This document shows, piece after piece, positions 39,238 through 51,000 of a DNA stretch of 64,000 nucleotides. The DNA comes from Octopus sinensis (lineage: Eukaryota), in the NCBI RefSeq assembly GCF_006345805.1, contig NC_043004.1, forward strand, positions 3,906,001 to 3,970,000, read 5' to 3'. How positions within the stretch are numbered: position 1 is the stretch's first letter; every line of letters starts with the position of its first letter. The notes beneath the pieces are model-generated. The model was given only the letters and a program-made list of their open reading frames with translations. It searched no databases and was not told the DNA's origin. A program made the translations under genes and the position numbers.

Positions 39238-39774
39238 CTTGTAAAATGTTTACAGAAAATCCATCGTTAGTTCGGTTACTGGGAATAAACGTTAGACTGT
39301 CTAATTCTTAATTCAGTTTAACTCTTTTACTGTATTTCTTTTAGAAGAAAAGAATAGATAGTTCTTTTAATTATCCCCTAAACTAGGACAGTATTTAACA
39401 CTCGTGTGATTCAGGCAGCAATTTTTTTTTTTTTTTTTTTGCTTTCTTTAATTTCACAATTCTAAGTTTCTGTTTATAATCTAAACAGCAGCTTGTTTGT
39501 TTAAGAATTGGCTACTGCGTGAATCTGCATGTTCAATACACCTGGGTATCGGTGCATTGATAGCAATCAAAAATAGAGAGGCTTTACACGCCTTTCCAAA
39601 CAAGCGATCGTCTTTTTGCTTCTCTCGTTTGATGGTAATCTTTTGTAAAGAGTATCCAACATTGAAAATAAACTGGTATTCGCTTTGTCCTTGGCGATTT
39701 CATTTGCTATAAATTGATATACTTAGTATGACAGAATTATTTCAGGCTGCTTAGAATTAATATTCATTCTCAGA

Positions 39775-39912
<138 letters not shown>

Positions 39913-40261
39913 TGAAATCACTAAGGACAAAAAGAATACCAGTTAATTTACAAAATTGGATACGCTTTGCAAAAAGATTACAACAACAACAACAATAAAT
40001 ATTATTATTGTTGTTGTTGTTGTTCCCTCGTAATTCTCGATTTTTTTGTAATTATTCTGTCTTCGTTTAAATACGTAACAAAAACGAAAATGTGGAAGCG
40101 AAGAATGTTTAACATTTCAATATGTTCTGAAAAAAAATTGATCTTTCAATGACTTTGATGCGATTTGATTTATTTTTGTGATTTCGTATTCCACGGTTCC
40201 CATGTTGTTATATTATTGCCACATTAAACGATGTTGATGACGACAAAATTTAATACTGTCT

Positions 40262-40298
40262 ATGATGATGATGCTGCTGCTGATGATGATGATGATGT

Positions 40299-40350
<52 letters not shown>
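40262..40350. repeat. (GAT)n microsatellite
   Basis: Direct reading. Confidence 0.9.
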
Positions 40351-40986
40351 ATTGATGGTGATACAAATCAAGACATGACAGAATTGGCCAACATCTCCAC
40401 TGGTTAATATGTCGGCATTATAAAATCAAAACTGTTGGCAAGCGGTATAAGCCTTACCCTAAGGCTGTAACTGAGGGAGTAAAAGTAACGTTTCTTTAGA
40501 ACTTTCCAGTACTTACGGACAAAACCATCAAAGTTGATAAACCGGATATTGTTGTGAAAGACCGAAACAATAAAGTTTTTTTTTATTGATTGATTTGAGC
40601 ATTCCTTATGATTATGATATCTCGGCAAAAGAATTTGAACTGCTCTGAAAATATAAAGATTCGCTCATTGAAATCCAACAAAATATGACATCTGAAGGCG
40701 GTTACAATAGCAGAGACTGTGATCCCTAGATTAACGTCCCTTGCAAGACGTGCCAATGATTGTTTTAACTGATATGTCACACGTATTGAAAAGTGCAATG
40801 TCGCTGTCAGAGCGATTACTACCCATGTATTTTCATTTTTTTTCTCCCACATAATTTCATGTCGAAAATGAATAATCGAGTGTGTTTAGTTGAATGGCCT
40901 GTCGATATATCCTAGTGAGTTTCCCGCGGTTGTTGGAAATACACTCTGCAAGAAACGAAAAACAAAACTGTAAGAATAATAATAAA

Positions 40987-41313
40987 CAGCACATGACCTT
41001 GCAGGTGGGGCCCAGTTAGAATTTTCTTCAGGTTGAGTAGCCCATCCCGCTCAAAAGGTCCCTGAATAAGGGTTGTTTAAGGATGTTGAGAGAACCACCC
41101 ATGTTTCCAGAGGTGAATTATTCAAACCCCAAAGAATCCCTCTCAACACATGGCTATGATGCTCCCCCACTACTTATGCTCGTGATCAGAGATGCACATA
41201 TCGTCAGCCACTAAGGGACATGCTCAACTTGTTAAGGTCAAACAACTGACAAGCAAATCTGTGGTATTGAGCAGAATATTTGCTGTAGCCCATCTTTTAT
41301 ACCAAGACAAAAC
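40987..41313 (-). mobile_element. Unclassified interspersed repeat, possibly a non-LTR 3' region
   Basis: Single copy here; ends in TTATTATTA on minus next to the R4/Dong-like fragment. Recognition rests on recollection only. Confidence 0.25.
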
Positions 41314-41321
41314 TATTATAA

Positions 41322-42118
41322 TCAATATTCAGTAGTTTTATTTTTATAACGTGCTTTCACTTCACTACCGAGCGCAGCTCTGTGTGCATTGGGTGTGTGC
41401 TGTGATTTGTTGTGATGGTCTTATGGTTACTGTATTGAAAGTGTTTTGCGTAGGATGTGTGCAGTGCCCAGTAGTGCAATTTTCTGTATGTTATATGTGT
41501 TTGTAAGTCCTGGTGTTTTTGTTATGTATTGGTCTGAATATTTTTTTATCATACCTAATGCGCCTACTATGATAGGAATTGATTCTGTTTTTAAATTCCA
41601 CATTCGAGTTATCTCTATTTCCAGGTCTTTGTATTTTGAAAGTTTCTCCATTTCTTTTAGAGACACATTGTCATCTTCTGGTATTGATACATCAATTAGA
41701 AAGCATTTTTTTCTTCATGATCTCTGACAACTATATCTGGCCTATTGCCTTAATTTCTCTGTCTCTGTGTATTGACATATCCCAGAGTATGGTTGCTTTC
41801 TCGTTTTCTGTGACCTTTTCTGGTGTGTGCCTATACCATCTTTTTTCTGTTGTTATTCCATAGTGTTGGCATAGCTTCCAGTGTATGTAGCTCCCAATAC
41901 TGTCGTGTCTGTGGATATATTCCTTCTTAGCCAAGATGGGGCAGCCAGAGATAATATGATTTATTGTTTCTTGTCCATCTCCACATATTCTGCAATTACT
42001 TGTTATGTTTCTTTCCATTATATGTTTTTGGTCATTTCTGGTGGGGAGGCTTTGGTATTGTGCTGCAATTAAAAATCCCTCCGTCTCTGCTTTGAGTCCT
42101 GAGCTTCTCAATCATTGC
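41322..42118 (-). mobile_element. R4/Dong-like RLE non-LTR retrotransposon 3' end
   Basis: GLKAETEGFLIAAQ...CRICGDGQETINHIISGCP (CCHC), RHD motif, PD..D-type endonuclease region (FLIDVSIP), KLSKYKDL...GTAHILRK; a frameshift is present. Confidence 0.9.
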
Positions 42119-42270
42119 TTTAAAAACTTTAATATCTAAAACTTCTGTGAATACCTTTCCTTTTTTCCTGAGTATTTGAATATGTAAACATCCTTTTTAT
42201 TCTAAGAACACTACAGTTTTCTCCGTTCGGACAAACAAAAGATCATCTTCAGTAAAAAAAAAAAAAGCAC

Positions 42271-42590
42271 TTGAAAATGAATGAAACTGAAAATAGGTGG
42301 ATAACGAAAAGAATGCACGAACAATTTCATGGGGATGTTAAAGATAAGACAGACAGAGAAAAAAGATGGCTATGGATGACAGAAAGTGATTTAAAACCGA
42401 AAACGGAGGCTCTAATCTGTGCTGCCCTAGAGCAAGCATTAAGAACTAATTACATGAAATACAGAATAGTCAACACAGCAGAAAGTGATAGGTGCAGAAT
42501 TTGTGGACAAAATGGTGAAACCGTATGGCATATTACCAATCAATGTACGCCACTAGCCCAGAACTAATATAAGGGATGCCACGACAATGT
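42271..42590 (+). mobile_element. Second R4/Dong-like RLE fragment (different family)
   Basis: WLWMTESDLKPKTEALICAALEQALRTNY...CRICGQNGETVWHITNQC...HDN. Confidence 0.85.
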
Positions 42591-43510
42591 GTGTGTGTGT
42601 GTGTGTGTGTGTGTTATAATATGCCCGTGAAGCAGTGTTGTGAAATGAACACATTTTAAGTCATTTCAGATATTCTGTGACATATTTGACCAGTAAAATG
42701 GCCAATGGTTCGCAACGGTTTGCAGTGGAGAAGATTCTCGCCTTGAGCAACACGTGTAAAACAGCCATCTCAGGTTACCTTTCAAATAGACTGGCGCATC
42801 ATTTTTAGCTCTCTGGCAACCACTTCTTATGATCCAATTTGCCCTCTCACTTTAAGAAAGTAGGTGATCATCTGAGAACGGTTGGGGGCCTTGCTTACTT
42901 TTTTTGGCAGATCTGCTTTTTGCACGGATCTTTAGACTTTGTAAAATCGAGTGAGAATAATTCTAAGTGTCGGGATTTATTTAGTTTTATGCGGAACGAT
43001 GACATCCAATACCTACATTCTTCAGCAGCACTATTTAAATCTATGTAGAAAGTTTCGGTTAGGATTTGTCTGATATTTCTAACAATAAAGATATTTAATC
43101 TCATTCTAAAGAGTCTAATATTGGAAGATAGAAGAAGGAACAGAGATGTAGAGAGGGAAATTAGTTACAGTATGGAAATATCGACTTTTGTTGTCATTAA
43201 TCTTGAAATGCAAGCTTGATGCCACTTTCACTTAGCATCGCTTTATGGTCGACGTTAATATAAATATCGGGAATAATTCTAAAGTGGAACGGAGTGAAGA
43301 ATCAGCTTGTAGTCCTCCTTTCTTATTGAGAAAGTCTTCATTTCTCACATTCACATACAAATATACACATATATGATCGTATGTTGGCATACGCATGTTT
43401 GCAAATAAATATATGTATACACCTGTATATGTACACATACTTACACACATTTATGTGTGTGGGGCAGGTATTAAATGCACCAGCAGAACATTGTCATAAT
43501 ATATATTTTT

Positions 43511-43924
43511 TTTACTCTTTTTACTTTTTTCAATCATTCGACGATGGCCATGCTGGAGCACCGCCTTTAGTCGAGCAAATCGAGCCCATGACATATTTCT
43601 TGTAAGCCTAGTACTTATTTTATCGGTATCTTTTGACGAACCGCTAAGTTACGGGGACGTAAACACACCAGCATCGGTTGTCAAGCGATGTTGGGGGGAA
43701 CAAACATAGACACACAAACATATATACACACACACACATATATATATATATGCATCTATAAGACGGGCTCCTTTCAGTTTCCGTCCACCAAATCCACTCA
43801 CAAGGCTTTGGTCGGCCCGAGGCTATAGTAGAAGACACTTGCCCAAGGTGCCACGCAGTAGGACTGAATCCGGAACCATGTGGTTCGTAAGCAAGCTACT
43901 TACCACACAGCCACTCCTACGCTT
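43511..43924 (-). mobile_element. SINE family A, full length
   Basis: Colinear with 1341-1754. Confidence 0.9.
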
Positions 43925-44383
43925 TATGTCGATATATGTCGATATATTAGCCACACACAATCTGCTCATCGTTATTGACAATACATTTCTGATTTTGAGT
44001 GCGAAAGCAGAAATGGCGGGCTTAAATATAGACCACGGCTAACTCTGAGTTTCGCCTTCACAAGCTGATTACAACGTGTAAAACGGGGTTTAAAAAGTAT
44101 TACCATTACATTGAAATATGTAATGGATCGTGAGGATGTATATGTAGAGAGTGATAATGGAATGGAAAGCTATTTAGAAAAGTATTTAGCTGGATATGTA
44201 GAGAGTCATACAGGTTGTTTAAAGAGAGGAATAATAACATGAAACATAATAGGGGAGCGCTGAGTTACGTATTCCGGAGGGATAAGAATTATTGAATACG
44301 AATTGCTGTTTAATAAGGAATATATTAATAATATTCGAAAAATCACCAAAGTATAAATTGACAGGCTCTAATATGGTGTGATA

Positions 44384-45300
44384 CGAGATGGTAACCAAAA
44401 CTTTGTTCCCGGACTAGTTCTGTAGCGCGCCAACAGATGGCAGCTCACGGTTGTGTGCGCAGTGAGAGCCAGCAGTGACTTTCATGAGGCAGCATGCCGG
44501 GTGACATCGCTGTGTTTACTTCACAAGTTGTGAAATTTGTGTTTTTGTGATCATGTGTGTATGTTGCAGTCTTCGATTTTGTCATGGACAGGAACAAAGA
44601 GCCAACGTGACATTTTGCGTTAAACTTGGGAAGTCTGCTACAGAGACGTTGGGCATGCTTCGGCAAGCTTACGGTAACGAGGCAATGGGTCGCACACAGT
44701 GTTTCGAGTGAGTGACACAAGCTCTTCAAAAACGGATGGACGTGCCTGGAAGACGATGAGCGATCTGGAAAACCTGCCACGAGGGTCTCTTCGTGAAATA
44801 TGGTATTGTTCATCGAGAATTCGTCTCTCAGGACCAGACGGTCAATCGAGAGTTCTACTGCGACGTTTCGAAGCGTTCGAGGAAGAACATCCAACGAAAG
44901 CGACCGGATCTGTGGAATGCGAAGAATTGGATTCTTCACGACGACAACGCCCCCTGTCACCAAGCTCTGCTCATTCGTTTCTCGCCAAACAAAAAACGAC
45001 ATGGTATCGCTTCCGTACTCGCTCTATTCACCAGATTTAGTACCTGCGGACCTCCACCTCTTTCCCAACATGGAAAAGGCAACTCAAAGGTCGCCGTTTT
45101 AACGCTTTTGTCGAGATCCAGAGCGAATCGCAGAAGGTACTCGACTCACGGAAAATGTATCCCAAAAAGCGGCAGGAACGCCGGGACCGATGTATTGCTG
45201 CGCAAGGTTGCTATTTCGAAGGGGATGATGTTAAAACTTTGGTAAATAAGTTATTTTTTATTAAAAATAATTAGTCCGGGAACTTTTTTATATCACCTCG
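44384..45300 (+). mobile_element. Internally deleted mariner element with both TIRs
   Basis: TA flanks at 44382-44383 and 45301-45302; imperfect TIRs sharing GTTCCCGGACTA; EQRANVTFCVKLGKSATETL, WILHDDNAPCH and YSPDLVPAD motifs; frameshifted. Confidence 0.9.
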
Positions 45301-45404
45301 TACAAGAGAAATAACTGGTTTAAAGTTTAAATAATTGCAATAGGCTTTAAAAAAAAACCAATTATTTCATTAAAGCATAAAACTGCTGATGGAAATATTT
45401 ACGG

Positions 45405-45490
45405 AATTTGAACTCGGAACGTAAAAACGGACGAAATGCCGCTAAGCATTTCTCCATTGTGCGAACGATTCCACTGGATCGCCACTTTAT
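45405..45490 (-). mobile_element. SINE-B head fragment, head-to-head with the next element
   Basis: GGAATTTGAACTCGGAACGT...GAAATGCCGCTAAGCATT. Confidence 0.7.
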
Positions 45491-45514
45491 AGCGTTTTAA
45501 TATTAAGAGAGTTC

Positions 45515-45896
45515 AAGGCAGCAAGCTGACAGAATCATTGGCACGTCGGACAAATTGCTTAGCGATCTTTCGTCTGTCCTTACGTTCTGAGTTCAAATCC
45601 CGCTGAGGTCGACTTTGCCTTTCATCCTTTCGGGGTCGATAAATTAAGTACTAGTGAAACAGAGGGGTCGATGTAATCGATTGGCCCCTCCCCCAAAATT
45701 TCAGGTCTTGTGCCTTCAGTAGAAAGGATATTTCGTCCGTCTTTACGTTTTGAATTCAAATTTCGTCCAAGTCCACTTTGCCTTTCATCCTTTCGGAGTC
45801 GATAAAAAATAAGTACCAGTTGGTAACGGGGATCAATGTAATCGACTTAACCCACTTCCCCGAAATTGCTGACCTTGTTTCAAAATCTGAAACCAC
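45515..45896 (+). mobile_element. SINE-B heterodimer within one 14-bp TSD
   Basis: Unit 1 45515-45728; unit 2 starts TATTTCGTCC at 45729; the two tails differ; TATTAAGAG(A/C)GTTC at 45501-45514 and 45897-45910. Confidence 0.85.
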
Positions 45897-45980
45897 TATT
45901 AAGAGCGTTCGCTTAATATCACTCTTCCAGAAATATGTAGCGAAATCATATAAATACTTGAGGAGAGACGATGAAATTAA

Positions 45981-46095
45981 ACATACATACATACATACAT
46001 ACATACATACATACATACATACATACATACATACATACATACATACATACACACATACATACACACATACATACATACATACATACATACATACA

Positions 46096-46127
<32 letters not shown>

Positions 46128-46172
46128 CACATACATACACACATACATACATACATGTATACATACATACAT
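45981..46172. repeat. (TACA)n microsatellite
   Basis: Direct reading. Confidence 0.95.
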
Positions 46173-46510
46173 ATGACCGACCATGCCTTTCTTTTGCTGG
46201 GCTCCAATCTCATTTGAGGACCCATGAAAAACGAACCACGACCAACTATTCTGCCTCTATATCTGTGCACACCTTTCAATTCCGTGTATGCTATAAGGTC
46301 CGCAAATCGAACGGAATCCTGAAAAGACATTTTAATATCCACAAAGATTATAACTTAACTGCAGCACTTGGTGGTCTAAATCGGATATGCAGTCTGTGTG
46401 GGCGTCTCTTCAATACATTGTCTGGTTTAAAAAGCCACATTGGGCGCCATGATGAATCTAAGATGTAGGTATAAGAGGTGGTCAGACTCTGCATAAGGAG
46501 TAGACAACCA
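46173..46510 (+). mobile_element. RTE-clade LINE 3' end encoding tandem C2H2-like fingers
   Basis: RPCLSFAGLQSHLRTH, RVCYKV...LKRHFNIH, CSLCGRLFNTLSGLKSHIGRH, stop at 46468, short UTR, then (CA)n; no splice acceptor upstream. Confidence 0.65.
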
Positions 46511-46516
46511 ACACAA

Positions 46517-46563
<47 letters not shown>

Positions 46564-46829
46564 CATATATACGACTAATAGTGCTAAGAATATAGCTCTG
46601 ATGGCAAATAATTGCTTTCAGTCTGTAGGTGCGAAAACATTTTCTAAGGCTGAAAGTTTTAATGATTTTTGTGTTAAAACAATTACCATTGCAATGAACT
46701 TCATATTAGAAAGGATACGTTTTTAAGATCTAAATCCCTACAAGCTCTGAAACTATTATGTGAAAAGACCTGCTGAAAAAAAATACATCCATCATTCAAC
46801 CTACAAGTTGCAACTTGCGTTGCGGAAAT

Positions 46830-47215
46830 CATTTTTTTTTTGTTAATAAATATATTTATTAGTAGAAGACAAGCATTTTAAAATTTATTTACAAAAATTT
46901 CTTACAACGCTACACATCTACAAATCTTGTGACATCCTCCATAAAAGATCTACTTGAAAACGTTTCTACCAGGATAACTGCCAACTACGTCGCAAATGCA
47001 GTCTCAAAAATCTTCAGGTTTCCAACTCTTTAAAAAAATAGTACTCGTTGTTTGTCATATATGAAAATTACTATTAAACCCTTTAAATTAAGTTTTAACC
47101 AGCATTACAACAATTTTCGTAACCAGGTACTTCAAAGTTTCACTCAAAATAAATTTCATAACAAATTATATTCCGAATGTGAGACGGTTATCATCTTACA
47201 AGATGAGGCAATCCT
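46830..47215 (-). mobile_element. Possible old L1-like 3' end with AATAAA and A-tail
   Basis: Minus strand ends ...CTAATAAATATATTTATTAACAAAAAAAAAA; coding similarity is weak. Confidence 0.3.
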
Positions 47216-47854
47216 TATATATGCTATGTATGTTTATGTGTGCCTGTGATGTATGTGTGTGTGTGTGTGAGTATGTGTGTGTGTGTGTGTGTGGTGTGTG
47301 TGTGTGTGAATGTGTGTGTGTGTGAATGTGTGTGTGTGTATGTGTGTGTGTATGTATGTGTGTGTGTGTGTGTGTGTGTGTAATGGTAAGATGGAAATAA
47401 ATAATGATGCAAGGTCAAAAAATATATGGGAATGCAGGTGTTTGTGATGAAGAACTGTACATTCCTGTTGTACATCTGTTTATGTGAGTCACAGCTTATC
47501 AGAGCGCAAGAGACGAGCTAAACTATCACAATATAATAAAATGTCTTACGTCGAAGACAGAGATGTAAGTTGATATTAAGTTCGATGTTTTTAGTTAGGA
47601 ACAAAGTTTGTCAATAGAGATTTTAACAAAAGAATGAAGCGTGTCAGAATGACTTGTTGATATCAAACTGTGTATTAAGTCTATTCTGTTGCGTAGTGAA
47701 CCAATATTTCTTGAAAGGCCTCTACTTATCAAAAGATATCTGCGATAACATTTAAATAGTCAGCAGATATACCGAGCTTCAGAAGTATGAAACTTCGCTC
47801 AGTCGAATATAATTCACAAGTTTTAACTCGATTTCTGACAAGGTTTATTTTCCA

Positions 47855-48088
47855 TATTTCGTTTTTGGATTTGGTTTGCAAGATTCTTTATATGAGTTCG
47901 TGTGTTGAAGCATATTCTGTTGTGTCTGGGGAGAGTTATTTTCTTTTTGTACCTTATAATTTAAAACACTTAGCGGTAAAATGTCTACTTTTTTCTTATT
48001 TTTATTTTCCTAAAATTTTCGTTGGTGTCTTGCAACCTTTTCAATACTATTGAAAACTATTGAAAAGGTTGCAAGACGCAACGAAAAT
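47855..48088. mobile_element. Foldback family member with a central hairpin
   Basis: Matches the 6340-6546 family; arms 48015-48046 / 48058-48088 with a duplicated TATTGAAAA in the spacer. Confidence 0.7.
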
Positions 48089-48295
48089 GTATTTCCCATA
48101 TTTTCTTTTTGTTGCAGACGCCTATCTGGAATATGAAACTAATTTATGAACCTCGAACAGTTACATTATATTAATAAATATTTAATATTTATTCTGAGTA
48201 GCCCAGTTTTGTTCGTCACATCACTTTGAGCCTAATTTACATAAATGTACGAGTGAGTAAACGAACGAAAGAAGGGGACTCAACACATTTATTGG

Positions 48296-48378
48296 GAGTT
48301 ACATGCAAACTCCTTGGTACTCTGACAAGGTTGAAACTCAGAGTACCAAGGTGTTTGAATCAAACTGTTTTGAACAAC
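48296..48378 (+). ncRNA. Candidate pre-miRNA-like hairpin (unverified)
   Basis: Perfect 14-bp stem 48312-48325 / 48338-48351, extended by CAAAC/GTTTG and a weaker lower stem; CAAC (CNNC) at 48375-48378. Confidence 0.25.
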
Positions 48379-48989
48379 AGAGTGCAGCTCCCCCGCTCTT
48401 ATTACATGAAACCCATAGTTTTTAAATATGTTGTTCACAAGAACTCAGCTTTATCACACAACATGAAAATATATTTAGGTGACAAGTCTAGAATTTTCAG
48501 AGAGATCTGTTTGAGAAGTCGTACGTGACGCCGTCAAATCTCTTGGAAGTTGTGGTTGTTCGTGTTGCTTGGGTGTGACTCGAGGTATGTAAGTCAGGAC
48601 ATAGCGTTTTCACAATATTCCAGCGATTGCCAATTCGCTATACGTATATATGTTGTTTTTCCCCAGAATCTATTTGCACATTAAATGATTCTGTAATTAC
48701 TGTTTGTTAAAATACATTTCAATTTCAAACTTTAGTAGAATCTACAGAAAGAATTTAATGTTTTCTTCATAACGCCACTCTTCAAATTGATGATCGTTCT
48801 GGTTCATTGCCGATAATGAAACCGCAAACAGAAAGAAACATTTCGTTCAGTATTTGTGTGCATTCTCGTTCAATGGCTGCCCTCAATTCGTCGACTGCCG
48901 TTGGTTTTGATAAAATAAAGTACTTGTCATGTATTGTGACATTAGAAAATGTGTTGGCTAAGACTACGCGCCTTCATTGGTTAGTTAAA

Positions 48990-49372
48990 GTTGAGACAGT
49001 GTCACGTGACAACTTGCTGGGGCTGCCTGCTGGAGGCTAGCGACAGGTATTGAAAGGGAAAAAATTTGACAAGACAGTCAGTCGCTCGCTGACACCCGTT
49101 GACGCTACATCGAAGAGGCCAGGGAACAGTCCTCTTGATGATGACTTGAGCTAACTGGATCCTATACAGGAGCTGTTGTGGTAGCAGACCACGAAGCACG
49201 GTTGAAATTCCTCCAACATCAGCGGAAGCAGGAAGAGCAGCAGAGCGAGAGATGAAGACCAGGAGGGGAAATAGAATGACTGATTCTTCAGTGCCATGGC
49301 AGCGCCAAGAACTGAAGCAAAACCAAACGGAATCAAGTCTCATTCTAAGAGCCATTACCCCAGAAATCCGAT
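48990..49372 (+). mobile_element. Probable 5' UTR plus ORF1 start of a Tx1/L1-like LINE
   Basis: MTDSSVPWQRQELKQNQTESSLILRA resembles the ORF1 start at 57825 (W...E...QxE..VVLR). Confidence 0.35.
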
Positions 49373-49405
49373 GAAAGTCAGTGGATTGGCAGAATAGATA
49401 AAGCA

Positions 49406-49731
49406 GTCTAAAGTGGTGGAGGCGCGTGGCTTAGTGGTTAGGGTGTCAGCATCATGATCGTAAGATTGTGATTTCGATTCCTGAACCGGGTAACGCGTTG
49501 TGTTCTTGAGCCATACACTTCATTTCACGTTGCTCCAAAAAATAAGGTGGTGAGCTGGCAGAATCGTTAGCACGCCGGACGAAATGCTTAGCAGTATTTC
49601 GTCTGTCGCTACGTTCTGAGTTCGACTTTGCCTTTCATCCTTTCGGGGTCGATAAATTAATCGACTTAATCCGTTTGTCTGTCCTTGTTTGTCCCCTCTG
49701 TGTGTAGCCCCTTGTGGGCAGTAAAGAAATA
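49406..49731 (+). mobile_element. Chimeric SINE: family C head fused to a doubly deleted family B unit, within one 15-bp TSD
   Basis: C head 49417-49537, B 49544-49731; identical AGAATAGATAAAGCA at 49391-49405 and 49732-49746. Confidence 0.85.
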
Positions 49732-50784
49732 AGAATAGATAAAGCAATGAACAAAATGCCTTGCGGTGTTTAAGGACGTCCATTCGCGTTCTCACTTTAT
49801 ATCATACCAAAATCGACTTCGCTTTTCATATTCCTGAGTTCAATAAAATAAATACCAGTAATATACAAAAATCGATATAATCGACCAGACCAATCATGAT
49901 CCGAAATGTTTGATCATATGCTAACGTTGGGCATCAATACAGCTGTTCTAAGATTACATGAAGTCCTAGTTTTTAAGTCAATAAAATTGACCGTGAATCC
50001 TTCTACGCTGCCCCAAAAACGGTTCTTGACTTGTACCAATGTAAGAAATTAAGTTATTAATAAATAGTCACGATGAACAGAGAGAATAGAATTGGTGACT
50101 TGCATGTTTATTCTTAAAATGTTCTCGCAGATTCGGATGTGAATATGCTAATCGCTGTTTTCTTTCGTCACAAGAGAACAACTTCTCCTTTACGATGGAT
50201 GTACGTTCATAACACTCGATTCATTAGCGCAGGGGACCCTTGGATATCTGGTGTTTCGAGATCGTTGTGTTTCGTCGTCTAACTAATGACTCTCACAAGA
50301 GTTCATACACTGATTGCTGTTGAGTTTCTGCGCAGGAGAATAACTATTACACTAATATATTTACTAATGATGTCGAGGACATTTTTTATTTCAGACATAA
50401 TGATTATTTTAATAAGAAAATATTCAAAGAGTTCTTTCTTTCGTATAAACGTAAACATGCTCGCTGAAGAGACGGGACACAAGTAGAGAAGAAGCTGTGA
50501 AGCCAGTCGGAGATTCAGTGTTACCTTTTTACGCGTAAACAATATAACTTCCTTGCACAACCAGTAGCATCATTAATACTCCAAGACAACATAGATCACC
50601 GTCAACAAAGAAGACGAAGACAATGAGAGTGATTTTACAGAGTTGAGTTCCAGCTAAAAGTGCTTCAAAATGGAAAGACATTGCATAACTCATATGCGTC
50701 TTAGACTGCATATACTGCTTTCATTTGTATTTTCAGTTCTAGTATTAAAATCCTTCTCCTCTTCCCTCTCCTCCCCTCCTACTC

Positions 50785-50829
50785 CTACTCATTCTCCTCC
50801 TCCTCCTCCTTCTTCTTCTTCTTCTTCTT

Positions 50830-50865
<36 letters not shown>

Positions 50866-51000
50866 TTCTCCTCCTCCTCCTCCTCCTTCTGCTCTCTATC
50901 AATTTATCTTTTGTGCTCTCTTTCCATCTCTCTGTTCCTGTTTCTTTTTTCTTACCCTCTCTCTCTCTCCCCTCTCTCTCTCTCTCCCTCTCTCTCTCTC
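50785..51000. repeat. (CCT)n/(CTT)n/(CT)n pyrimidine tract
   Basis: Direct reading. Confidence 0.85.

Noticed and set aside
46173-46468. Host C2H2 zinc-finger gene exon
   Set aside because: No TGEKP linkers, no splice acceptor, broken Cys ligands, and an RTE-like UTR with a (CA)n tail.
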